Source: Ptychomitrium polyphyllum
Lineage: Eukaryota
Direction of reading: 5' to 3'
DNA: 64,000 bases
NCBI GenBank assembly: GCA_973851085.1
Contig: OZ316775.1
Span: 186,001-250,000 of the forward strand
Notes under the pieces: generated by a model
Seen by the model: only the letters and a program-made list of their open reading frames with translations
Database searches by the model: none
What the model was told of the DNA's origin: nothing
Made by a program: the position numbers and the translations under genes
Part shown: piece after piece, positions 14,556 through 26,743 of the stretch
Layout: each line of letters begins with the position of its first letter
How positions within the stretch are numbered: position 1 is the stretch's first letter

Positions 14556-15719
14556 TGCCACAACTTTTGTAATGCATCTTAACAACGTCATGCGCGTCAA
14601 TCCTGCACACACCCACATGTACATGGTTAACTTCCATTTTCACTTTCCAAGTCCCAGGCTTAGTTTCCAATTCCATCTACCATTTTTTTTAGAACACCCA
14701 ATTGATTGGTAGCCAATAGTTAGATGTGGACTTCTATTCATGTCCAAGGCCTCATTTGATGTTACTTCCATTCCACATGGCCTAATCGCCCTTAGTGTGT
14801 CTCCTCACAACCACTCATGATCCCCATGTAATCCTAAGATCACCCTGAACTATCTTGGTGCTGGTGTGAAGATACCATCCCAACTTAGTGGTAACAAGCG
14901 TGCCTTTTTAATCTCACTAGTTCCCTTTGTAAAACCGGTCAACTACCGGCTCACAATGGTGTGGGAGTCCTTGTGGTAAAGCCCCAATACTAGCTCCACC
15001 AATTGGAATTCACTCTTGGTTCTTACCGCAACACTAGGGGAGTGGGGAGGGAAACCAGTCTTCCCTATAATACTCTTTGTGGGAGTTGGCAAGTTCCCTG
15101 GCCCTCTATAACTGGCTGAACTCCAATACACCGAAAACTTTAAAAGACCACCCGATCTCGCTTAGAACTTAGCCGCTGAAAGCCTCCGAGACTTCCTAAG
15201 GACCTTTAGGGAGCCATATCTTCCACGTTCGGTGTTTCAATCTACCAAACAACCACTCTATTGTAATCTGGTCTTTGCGTAGATGCCAAAAGACTTTTCA
15301 AACGTCCGATTTGACTTGGTATTCTAGGAGATATGCCTCTCCCAAGGTTTGGAACTCCCAGGGAGTCCCTCCATGGACTGTCCCAGTCCAGTACAATCAC
15401 TGTCTAAGGGCTGCCATAGTCCAGAACAGCCCCTTGGTAGCTCTAACTTTGGGGTGCCATATCTTTTAGCTTTCTTGTCCGATTTGAGAAATCTTTAGCA
15501 TTCTAAAATCAACTTGTCATAAATCTTCTAATGCCTACAATTTCTCCCTTGTGGCCTTTGGTCTACATGGGCAAGGATGTTTCTCCCTCCTAGGATCTTT
15601 CCTACACTAGGCCTACTCGATCCACTCCACTATCGGCGCCACAAGTTCCAAACGTCACTCCGGGATCCCCCTTGTGCCTCTTAGTGTTGCGGGCACTCCT
15701 CAAGGAGAGGTGCGCAATA
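14556..15719 (-). mobile_element. Solo LTR (1164 bp) inserted in the RT of element A
   Basis: Perfect 5-bp TSD GAACC (14551-14555, 15720-15724). Removing it restores K-N-R-Y-P-L-P. Homologous to LTR 32435-33577. Confidence 0.92.
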
Positions 15720-17801
15720 GAACCGATATCCATTGCCGCTAATACCTGGACTTCTTGATCAACTTGGCCAAGCAAAGATCTATACCAAAATAGACCTACG
15801 AGGAGCCTACAATTTAATGCGCATTAAAGAAGGAGACAAATGCAAGACAACATTTCAAACAAAGTATGGTTGTTTCAAATACAATTCCATGCCTTTTTGA
15901 CTTATCAACGCACTCACCAAATTTCAGCACCTGATGAATGGCATATTTTGGGTGTACCTGGATGATTTTATCGTATGCTATTTTGATGATATCTTGATGT
16001 ATTCATAGAGTCCAAAGGAACATGAACGACATGTCCGCATAGTCCTACAAAGCTACAAAATGCCAGTTTGTATGCCAAGCTAGAGAGATGTGTATTCCAC
16101 AAACCTGAGGTGGAATTCCTTGGATATATCATCTTTAACAAAGGACTATTGATGGATCCAAAAAAAATCAAAGCAGTTAGCAATTGGACGAGGCCAAAAT
16201 CGATACGTGATGTCTAATGTTTTCTTGGATTTGCAATCTTTTATAGGATCTTCATCAAGGACTATTATCAATAGCTACACCACTCACGCAACTAATATGC
16301 AAGGAAAAGCTTGAGTGGGGATCCAAGGCTGAAGATGCATTCCAAAATTTGAAACAAGCTTTTACCACAACTCTTATCTTGGTCCATCCGGACTTTTCAA
16401 AGCAATTTTGTCTTGAAACAAATGCTTCCAACTTTGCACTAGGAGCAATTTTGTGACATATGGGAGGAGAAGGGAAACTCCATCCAATTGCATTCCATTC
16501 CAGAAAGTTTCAGCTACAGAAATCAACTACAAAATCCACAACAAAGAATTTCTTGCAATTGTGGATTCCTTCCAAGAATGGCGTCACTTGCTTGAAGGTG
16601 CCGCACATCCAATGATTGTATATACAGATCACAAGAACTTAGAATATTTCATATTAGCCCGTGTTTTGAATCGCCGCCAAGCTCGTTGGAATATGTCTCT
16701 ATCTCGATTTGATTTTTGCATCACATATCGACCCGGAAAACAACAAAGGTTATCGGATGCTTTATCAAGGCAATCATACTTTGCGCCAAAGGAGGAAGAG
16801 ACAGCACACGATCAACAATGAGCAACTTTGTTGAAACCCAAACGGTTTTGTATACGCACAACCACCATTTCAACTCCGGTGGATTCATTGTTCCTTGACC
16901 AAGTGTGTGCGGCATCTACCAAGGACCCTCTTATTCTTGATATCAAACGTCGTTCCAACAACCTCCTTGAAGATGCGACTAAGATCAAATTAGAAGACAA
17001 CCTTTTCTATTTTGAAGAACGTCTATATATTCCTGAAGGATCAGCTCGCCTTTGTATACTTCAAATACATTATGACTTTTCTATGGCTAGACATTTTGGA
17101 TTCAACAAAACCTTGGAAGTTCTCTCTTGAGAGTTTTAATGGCCTCAAATGTGGAAGGCCGTTAAGGAATTTGTACTCTTGTGTGATACTTACTCTAGAT
17201 CCAAAACCCTTGACACCATCCATATGGACTTTTCCAACCACTGCCTATTCCAAAGCAATCGTGGTCGTCTGTTTCAATGGATTTCATTATAAATCTTCCA
17301 CCGTCAAATTCTTTTGATACCATCTTCGTTGTGGTAGACCAATTGACTAAGATGGCACATTTTGTATATTGCAAGAAGACAATTACCGGTGAAGAGGCTG
17401 CCACACTCTTCATGGATAATGTCTATTGTTAGTATAGATTACCCGACAATATTATATCGGATTGTGGACCACAGTTTGTATCAAGATTTTGGAAGTTGTT
17501 CTTTGAAATCCTTAACGTGGACATAAAACTTTTTTCTGCATTCCATCCTCAAATCGATGGCCAAACAGAGCAAGTCAACCAGATCTTGGAGCAATATTTG
17601 AGGTGTACCATCAACCACCAACAAGATGACTGGACTTCATTCTTGTCATTAGCTGAATTTGCCTGTAGCAACACCACTAACAATTCCACGTAACAAACGC
17701 CATTTTACTCCAACTATGGATATCATCCTAAGATGGATATATTACAGCCTCTATGATATGAGAATCCATCAGTAGAGGAAATTGCCACAAAGATGGTAGA
17801 G

Positions 17802-19339
17802 TGTGAACCAAAATAGGCCTTTGCTAATTGGAAGACCTAGTCATTCACACATCCTAGTTATATGTGTAGTTTTATAATTGCGTTGTGGTAAATTTAATAT
17901 TTTGTAAGATAATTACCTTCCTCACAAGTTAAATTACTAATTAATTTGGTCTTACTCTTGGTTAGCACGCACATATAATTTTAATGTGATCCAACCAACT
18001 AATACCATGTTATGAAGTAACTTTTAAATATTCCCTTACAAGTAGGAAATGCTTTTAACTAACTAATGCTAGTTACCACTTAAACATTTATCCTATCAAT
18101 TTTAATACAAACTCTAATAGTGAGGCTTTGGACATTACCCATACATCACCTAAATAGTGATGCCTGACTAGCCTCTAAAATTATCTATTAATCTTGCCAG
18201 CTCTTGTTTGGCTGGTTTTTTGCGCCAAAGCTACTTCATTTGTTCTCGCTACCCTGTCATTACTAATTCTGTTGTTGGTTTGCTTGATTCGCTTGTCAGT
18301 CTATTATTTTGCTCTGCTAAAGTTGCACCGTTGAACTCTTCAGAGGTGCCATTGCTGCAGCTGACTGTTCCTTGCTTCTCCTTGTTCCTAATGGGGCCTA
18401 CAATTGTTTCTAAATTTGAAGTTTCCCGACTTCAATTACATTCCCTTCTGTAATCTGTGATGGACTTTCCTTCGAGCTGCACACTCACTTATTCACCTTC
18501 CTTCATATCAAGCTGTTGATCTGTGATTGACTTTTCATTTTACTAATTTTATTCTTCCCACCAATTCTCACTGTGTATATTCTCTTGCTACTCTAATTAT
18601 TGTATTGATTTCCCAATCCCTCATGAATTTTGTTTTTCACTCTACTATTGCCACTACTTCTATTTTTATTTTTGTTTTTTTAAATCTAATTCTCATGTCT
18701 CGTACAGCTGTTGCTAAAAAAACTATTTTATTTTTCTCTTTCAAATTCTTGCTTCTCCTCCTCTTCTAAATTTTGTTTTATAAATTTTTCTTTTTTCTCT
18801 GCAAACTAACTTCCTAAGAGAATCTCTTCTTCTAAGGTTATTTTCCTCAAGAAGCTTCTTCTTCCTCCTTTCTCCATTACTAACCTAATTCCTTGTAATT
18901 CCAATTCTCTAAAATCTAACTCTTCCAAACCTCCTTCAAACTACTCTAACTACTCCTTAAATGCCCTCCTTCAGTTCTTGAATTTTCTAACCGAATTGTA
19001 ACAATAATTTTTTTTAACTCTAGAATTTTTAAATATAGCTGCAACTCTAAAATCAACAACTGTTCTAGATTTTGACTATCATTCTAAAATAAGCTGCAAT
19101 TCTAAAATCTGCAATAAATGTATCCAAGTGTAGAATTCATCTTTCTTTCCATAATTCCATTATTGCATTGGCCTTAAGGGTCATGGACCATGACCATCTA
19201 CCCAATTGCCCTTTACTTCCTTTAATAACAACTACAATCCAACTTCTTTTGCCCTAATTAGAACTAATATCTTCTACAATGTTGAATTTTGTCATTTTTT
19301 TAAAAGAAAATCTATAATGAGCTGATTCAACAGCTCACA
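17802..19339. mobile_element. 1.54-kb insertion with TGTGA...TCACA termini in the integrase C-terminal region of element A; probable solo LTR of another family
   Basis: Host frame ...EIATKMVE | LQTTMK... resumes after it. Degenerate TSD TAGAG/CAAAG (two transitions). No credible ORF inside. Confidence 0.7.
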
Positions 19340-19776
19340 CAAAGCTTCAAACAACCATGAAGACTTAATTAGAAGAAGCTCGGAAACAATTCAAGACAAC
19401 AGCAGATGCAACAAGGAAAGAACAACCTCCATTCCAAGTTGGTGAGAAGGTGTAGTTCTTTTGACGCAATATAAAAACCAGTAGACCATGTGACAAACTG
19501 GATTATTGCAGATTGGGACCATTTGCAATCAAAAAACAAGCCAACCACGTGGCATATCATTTGGAACTACCAACATCAATAAAAGTACATCTCATCTTCT
19601 ACGTTTCACTTTTGAGTGAAACTTATAAGGAATCAAGTATCCTTGGACGAAGGCAGCTGCCACCACCTGCAGTCAAAATTGACGATCATCATGAATTTGA
19701 AGTAGAAGAAGTGCTTGATTCACGGTATACGTTGTGGAAAGTTAGAATACTTAGTACATTGGTGCGGTTATGATAT

Positions 19777-22700
19777 TGTTGCAAAGTTTGAAATAGTTAA
19801 AGTAATCCTAGTTGAAGTATCCTTGTGTAGGCTTAGAGCATGATATGTTGCTAATGGTCAAAGAGGTGTGAAGAAAGAGGCCATAGGGGATATGGAGGCT
19901 AGGATTAAGAAAAGGCAATAAGGGTTTTGTATGGTGGCTAGGGTTAGGGTGGCCATTAGGGTTAGGGCGGCCGTTAGGGTTAGGGTGGTGGCTACGGCGG
20001 CTAGGGTTAGGATTAGCCGCCACATGTCATTCATATAGTGGAGGAAAATGCATGGCCGCCAAGTGGCACACTTTGGTGGATGACTCTCAAGTATAAGTAA
20101 AGGGGTTTTGGAGGTGGGAGTTATCTTGCTCTACACTTCTCTTGTTGCAACCTTGCTCTCTTCCTTCTTGCTTATGGTACTAGCTTTGTTGCATTTCTGC
20201 AATAGGTTATGGGCCCACTCACACTTAGTTGTGCCTTTTGAAGTAGCTTGAAGTGTTTGTAGTTGTTGTTCTTATGTGGAGCAAGATCGCTTCATAGTTA
20301 TTGAAGATAGAGTTAGAGACACCTAACTTTGATGTTTTGCACTTGTAGGTGCTTGGTTTGATGTTTCTTGAGCTCTAGTAGGATTGTGGTTGTTAAAACT
20401 CCTTGGATAGTGAGTTGCTTTGAGTGGTGATAAGACCTTGATAGTGTCTTTGTTGGATTCAAGCTCCTTAACACCATTTTGTTGTGCTTGGTGTTGTTGT
20501 CTTGTGAGTTCATTGATAAGTGTGCTTATTGAATGGACATAGTGAGTTGAAAGGTTTTTTTTTGGGACTCATAGTTGTGAAGACTTGTGAGAAGCATAAG
20601 AGTCAAAGAAATAGTTTGTTTGAAGGTTTGTTTTGTTACCTCTCTTCTTAAGGCATGGCTTTGAATGAAGGTGAAGGTTTTAAGGGTGGAAGTCGCCTTG
20701 CTCTCCCCCTCCATTGTTCCTTCACTTCCATCCACATCTCTACCTTCATCCTTGGTTGTTGTGGAAGATGTGTCCACAATCACACCATTACTCCCACTTG
20801 GACACATCCCCAAGTGCTCACAAGCACTCTTGTGCTCCAAGAACTCAACATCACGGCTCTTGATGATCTTCTTGCTCTCTACACACATCAACCTATATGC
20901 TTTGCTGCCCTCACAATAACCAAAGAACACACACTTTGTACCCTTTGCATCAAGCTTGGACCTCATGCAATCTGAAACCTTTGCATATGCAAGGCATCCG
21001 AAGGTCCTCATGTGTGAAACACAAGGCTTTTTACCACTCCAAGTTTCTTCAGGGGTCATGGATGCCTTAAGTTCACATTAAGGTGCCCAAGATGCCCAAG
21101 ACGCTTTGCAACATCTATGAGAGCAAGAACCTCTCCAACATCATCTTCACAAAGAGGAAGCTCTTGAACTGCAAGATGGAAGAAGGCCACGACCTCATGG
21201 CGCATGTGAACAAGTTGAAGGCCCTTGCAAGGCAACTTGCCATTGTGGACTAGCCATTGGAGGAGTTGGATGTTGTGATTACATTGCTCATGAACTTGCC
21301 GAAGTCCTATAGCTATCTCATAGTGGCCTTGGAGTCCATTCCCATCAAGGACCTCACCATGGACTATGTGACGGCAAGATTGAGCCACGAGGACACCAAG
21401 AGGAAGGAGAAGGCGAATTCAAGTGAGGACTCCGCCCTCTTCTCGAGGCAAGGCAAGGCCACCTACTCTAATCAACGTCCAAATCTTTGAACGTGCTTTG
21501 TGTGTGGAAAACCAGGTCATTTTGCTCGAAATTGCTACAAGGCCAAGAGAAAAAAGAGGGAAGATGCCAACCATGTGATGGACCACCTTGGAGGTGGTGA
21601 TTGTGCCTTCATGGCAAGCGAAGGGGCGCCTATGGCGGCCCTATCCAAGTGGATAGTTGATTCGGGCGCTACAAAGCACATGACTCCTTACAAGTGCTCA
21701 TTCCATACTTATGAGGCAATTGCAGCCACTAGTGTGCTCATGGGTGGCAATGGCGTGGTGGAGGCCATTGGAATGGGTTCCATTGTGGTGGAGGTTGTTG
21801 TTGGAGGCAAGACCAAGAGGATCACCTTCAAGGACGTGCTGCATGTGCCAAAGATGAAGTCCAACCTCCTTTCGGTGAGCAAACTTGTGATGGGAGGGTT
21901 TGTGGCTCATTTCAATGTGAATGGATGTATTGTGAAGTCATTGAGTGGAGATGTTGTTGCCACGGGGTTGAGGGATGGCAACTTGTACTTCATCAAGTGT
22001 AAGAAGGTGAATGGAGTGGAGGTGGCGGCCTTTGCTGAGTTCATTGAAGACCAAGACAAGTTTGGCATATGGCATGGGCGCCTTGGGCACCTTAATGTGA
22101 AGGCCATGAAGGAGCTCCAAGGCATGGTAAGCGGCTTGGATCTCGGTACAACATGCCACAAGGCAAAAGAACTTGGTTGTGAGGCTTGCATCCAAGGCAA
22201 GCAGCAAAGGGCGTCGTTTCCAAGTGGAGTGGCAACTCGTGCAAGCAAATTGTTGGAGATTGTGCATTCCGACGTGTGTAGGCCTATGAGGACTCCATCC
22301 ATTGGGGGAGCAAGGTACTTCCTCACCTTCATTGATGATTATTTGAGGAAAGTATGGGTGTTCATTCTCAAGGCCAAGAGCAAGTGCTTTGCAAGATTCA
22401 AGGAGTTCAAGGCGCTTGTGGAGAAGCAATATGAGTCCAAGATCAAGGTGTTGCGTTCGGATAATGGTAGTGAGTTCTTATCCAAATGTTTTGATGACTT
22501 CTTGAGGAGTGAAGGCATTGCAAGGCAAACCTCCACTCTATACACTCCACAACAAAATGGAGTTGCTGAGAGGGCAAATCGCACCATTGTGGAGATGGCG
22601 AGGAGCATGCTTCATGCTCAACATCTTGGACATGAGTTGTGGGCGGAAGCAGTGGTGAATGTGGTATACACAAGAAATAGGTGCCCCACAAATGCCCTTA

Positions 22701-25311
22701 CATCCATGATCCCTGAAGAAACTTGGAGTGGTAAAAAGCCTTGTGTTTCACACATGAGGACCTTCGGATGCCTTGCATATGCAAAGGTTTCAGATTGCAT
22801 GAGGTCCAAGCTTGATGCAAAGGGTACAAAGTGTGTGTTCTTTGGTTATTGTGAGGGCAGCAAAGCATATAGGTTGATGTGTGTAGAGAGCAAGAAGATC
22901 ATCAAGAGCCGTGATGTTGAGTTCTTGGAGCACAAGAGTGCTTGTGAGCACTTGGGGATGTGTCCAAGTGGGAGTAATGGTGTGATTGTGGACACATCTT
23001 CCACAACAACCAAGGATGAAGGTGGAGATGTGGATGGAGGTGAAGGAACAATGGAGGGAGAGAGCAAGGCGACTTCCACCCTTAAGACCAGCAGAGGAGC
23101 CTCACAAGATGATGGTGAGCATCTTCATCCAAGTGAGAAGGATCAACCTTTAAGTGACGGAGAAGTGGATGCATTACAAAAAGAGACGCCTGCAATGAAT
23201 GGTCGGAGGTACCCCATGAGGGAGAGGAGGCCACTTGGTGAATGGTGGAAGAACCACATCTTTCCAAAAGTGAGTGCAGAACATGCCAATGTTGCCCTCC
23301 TTGTTGATCCTTTAACTATGTGCGATGCCTTGAAGTCCACGGATGCAATGAAGTGGGAGAAGGCCATGGAAGAGGAGTACAAGTCGCTCATGGACAATGG
23401 CACATGGCACTTGACTCAACTTCTTCCAAATCGTTCTTCCATAGGTTGCAAGTAGGTGTTTAAAACCAAGAAAGATGCTTCGGGTGCAATTGTGAGGCAC
23501 AAGGCAAGGCTAGTTGCCAAAGGATACTCACAAGTTGCTGGTGTGGACTTCAATGAGACCTTTGCACCTGTGGCCAAGTTCACCACCATTAGGACCATCT
23601 TAGCCATAGCGGCGGCAATGAACTTGGAGGTGCACCAGATAGATGTGAAGACGGCCTTACTAAATGGAGACTTGGAAGAAGACATCTACATGGAGCAACC
23701 TCTAGGGTTTGTACTTGAAGGCTTGGAACACCTTGTTTGCAAGTTGAAGAAGGCCTTGTACGGGCTTAAGCAATCACCAAGGGCATGGTACCAACGCATT
23801 GATGCATTCTTTAGGAAGGAAGGGTTTGTGAGAAGTGAGGCGGATCATTCCTTGTATGTGATGCAAACCATGGAATTCTTGTTGATTGTGATTCTCTATG
23901 TGGATGACTTGATCATGTTGGCCAACCTTTTGGAGAAGCTAAAGTGGTTGAAGGCCAAATTAGACCAGGAATTTGAGATGAGTGATTTGGACAAGTTACA
24001 CTATTGTCTTGGAGTGGAATTTATGAGGGATCGTGCGAAGAAGACCATCACCATGAGCCAAAGGAAGTACATCGAAGAGGTGTTGAAGCAATTCAACATG
24101 GAAGACTGCAAGCCAGTGGGAACGCCCTTGGAGGCTAACTTGAGGTTGATGAAGCTAAGTGATGAGGAATATGCTCAAGTGGAGGGCGAAATGCAAGGCG
24201 TTCCTTACAAGGCCGGAGTGGGGTGCCTCATGTATGCCATAGTGGGCACAAGGTTTGATCTTGCGTTTTCAATGAGTGTTGTGAGCCAACACATGTCCAA
24301 GGCCGGCCCCATGCATTGGGCAACCATCAAGAGGATCGTGAGGTACTTGAAGGGCACCTTGGATTTTGTGTTGTGTTTGGGAGGTGATAACATTGAGTTG
24401 CAGGGATTTTGTGATGCGGATTGGGCTGGAGATGCAAATGATAGGCGCTCCACAACGAGGTATGTGTTCTTTGTTGGAGTGGAAGCCATCTCTTGGAACT
24501 GCAAGAGGCAACCTACAATTGCAAGGTCAATCATTGAGGCGGAGTACATGGCGGCAAGTCATGGTGCAATGGAAGCAATGTGGCTGAGGCAATTCTTGGA
24601 GGACATTGGACTTGTACAACTGGGTGCAACGTCCATCATGTGTGACAATCAGGGATGTCTTGCCTTTGCCAAGAATCCCAAGCATCACTCACGAACAAAG
24701 CACATCAAAGCACATCACTCACGAACAAAGCACATCACTCACGAACAAAGCTAAGATATGAGATATTGTGCAACAGAGGGCATGCTTGCTGATTTGTTGA
24801 CAAAAGCATTGGTAAAAGATAGATACCATTTGTTGACAAGGTCAATTGGATTAAAGGCCCTTTGACTAGTAGCAAAGTGGGAGTGTTGCAAAGTGTGAAA
24901 CATATAAAGTAATCCTAGTTGAAGTATCCTTGTGTAGGCTTAGAGCATGATATGTTGCTAATGGTCAAAGAGGTGTGAAGAAAGAGGCCATAGGGGATAT
25001 GGAGGCTAGGGTTAAGAAAAGGCAATAAGGGTTTTGTATGGTGGCTAGGGTTAGGGTGGCCATTAGGGTTAGGGCGGCCGTTAGGGTTAGGGTGGCGGCT
25101 ACGGCGGCTAGGGTTAGGATTAGCCGCCACATATCACTCATATAGTGGAGGCAAATGCATGGCCGCCAAGTGGCACACTTTGATGGATGACTCTCAAGTA
25201 TAAGTAAAGGGATTTTGGAGGTGGGAGTTATCTTGCTCTACACTTCTCTTGTTGCAACCTTGCTCTCTTCCTTCTTGCTTATTGTACTAGCTTTCGTGCA
25301 TTTCTTCAATA
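19777..25311 (+). mobile_element. Defective Ty1/Copia LTR retrotransposon with half-tRNA PBS (Bryco/Osser-type), inserted in the chromodomain of element A
   Basis: 428-bp LTRs at 19777-20204 and 24884-25311, with ~15 differences counted by eye. TSD GATAT/GACAT. PBS GGTTATGGGCCCA at 20205. PPT aaagtgggag. Domain order is gag, zinc knuckle (CFVCGKPGHFARNC), protease (WIVDSGAT), integrase (LRSDNGSEF, QQNGVAER), RT (LYVDDL), RNase H (CDADWAG). Confidence 0.96.
20655..24866 (+). pseudogene. Copia gag-pol polyprotein, interrupted
   Basis: Stops at 21250 (TAG), 21488 (TGA) and 23453 (TAG in GCK-W). The gag N-terminus is replaced by an inverted integrase segment, and RNase H is disrupted by tandem repeats at 24683-24751. 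Confidence 0.9.
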
Positions 25312-26461
25312 GACATCAGTGAACATATATAGAAGCCAACTAACAATCTTGCCAATTCACCAATAAAAATCTGTGAGTTCCATGGACAACATCCATCCAA
25401 ACAAAAAGTAGCAATATAAGGAACAATGGCTTGGTAAGGTCGCGTAATCTTAAAGGCCCTTGACGCTTGGGCTTTTAAATATGGGAGAAAGTAATTCCTA
25501 AATCATAAGTTTCCAAAGCTCCAAACATGATTTAGAAATTAATTGTTTGTATTTTGAAGTTTATCATAGTTCTTTGAGGCTAGCTCAATATATTAGATAT
25601 GGACAGTCAAGGTAAAGATACCATACTAGTGGTGTTAAACTAATCAGATGGCTCTTGTCGACAACCTCATGATGAAGAATATATTGGACCTAGAAGATGT
25701 CAAATGATACCTAGTAATAGATTGTTGGTAATTGTCTATGAAGTGGAGTCAGCTTATAAAGGTTATCTATAAGCAATGTTTGAAGGACGCTTTCACAACA
25801 AAAATATGGAAGTTCATACTTGGTTCCGAGTAGAAGGCGTTGGACACTTGTTGGTGGTTACAAGAATCCATGAACCATTTGAATCGAGAAAGGCAATTGA
25901 AATATGTTGCAGATACCATGCGACAAATTTTGACTTCTTACGACCTTGAGCAGTTCTTGCAACATGCTCCTTGGAGACCTTGGAGCTAGAAGAGGAGGTG
26001 ATGTTACAGACATACATATTAGAAGCATCTAGAAAAGTTCTTAGAAGGTTTGGAAATCTTCTAAGGAAGTTCCATTGGCTTTGGAAGCTTCTATGGTATT
26101 TACTTTAACTTATGAAGTTTCCAAGGAATTTAATTTGGCTTAGAATGCTTCCAATGAATCTGTTTATGGTTATTCAAGTTTGAAACAATGTTAGATAAGT
26201 TTCTCAAGAAGCTTCCAAAGCTTGTAGTTTTAATATATATATGGGGGTTGAGGCTGATTGTTGCATCCCTTATAATGCGCCTTAACAACGTTACGCACAT
26301 CAACCTTCTACATCTCTTCATGCATATAGTTGTTCCCTATTTTTACTCTCCAAGTTCTAGGCTTGGTTTTTAATTCTCTGTACCATTTCTCATAAGACAT
26401 CCAACTCACTGATAACCAATGGTCAGGAGCAGACTTCCATTTATGTCCGAGGCGTCACTTG

Positions 26462-26572
26462 GTGTTACTTCCATTTTACACGACCTAATTGCACTTAGTG
26501 TTACTTCCATTTTACACGACCTAATTGCACTTAGTGTTACTTCCATTTTACACGACCTAATTGCACTTAGTG
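26462..26572. repeat. 36-bp perfect tandem repeat x3 in an LTR
   Basis: Unit gtgttacttccattttacacgacctaattgcactta at 26462, 26498 and 26534. Other copies of this LTR have a single unit. Confidence 0.95.
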
Positions 26573-26743
26573 GTGTCTCTTTACCACCACACTTGATTCT
26601 TATGTGATCCTAAGATTACCTCGGGTCACCATAGTACCAGCGTGAAGACACCACCCTAATTTAATGATAACAAGTGTACTTTTTTCATCTCACTAGTTCA
26701 TTTTGTGAAAACGGTCATTCACCAACTCACAATGGTGTGGGAG

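Larger units (their letters stand above)
11181..26091 (+). repeat. Left arm of a 14.9-kb near-perfect inverted segmental duplication (partner 42742-57652)
   Basis: Every ORF in this interval has a mirror ORF with coordinate sum 68833, so there is no net indel. Only isolated substitutions were seen on spot checks. Confidence 0.97.

Noticed and set aside
19939..20016. TTAGGG repeats as an interstitial telomere or fusion scar
   Set aside because: They occupy the same position inside both LTRs, so they are part of the element.
19808..20023. Four copies of a 71-aa 'MAANPNPS...' ORF
   Set aside because: Translation of the CCCTAA repeats in the Copia LTRs, not an ATG start, and copy number simply follows the LTRs.
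20526..21059. 177-aa antisense ORF in the Copia element as an extra gene
   Set aside because: It is the inverted integrase fragment reading into the leader; a rearrangement product.
23453..23455. TAG between the 651-aa and 432-aa ORFs as programmed readthrough
   Set aside because: It replaces the conserved Trp of GCKWVF (TGG>TAG), an ordinary transition in a defective copy.
26462..26572. 36-bp repeats as a CRISPR array
   Set aside because: Units are contiguous with no spacers, there are no cas genes, and the context is a eukaryotic LTR.
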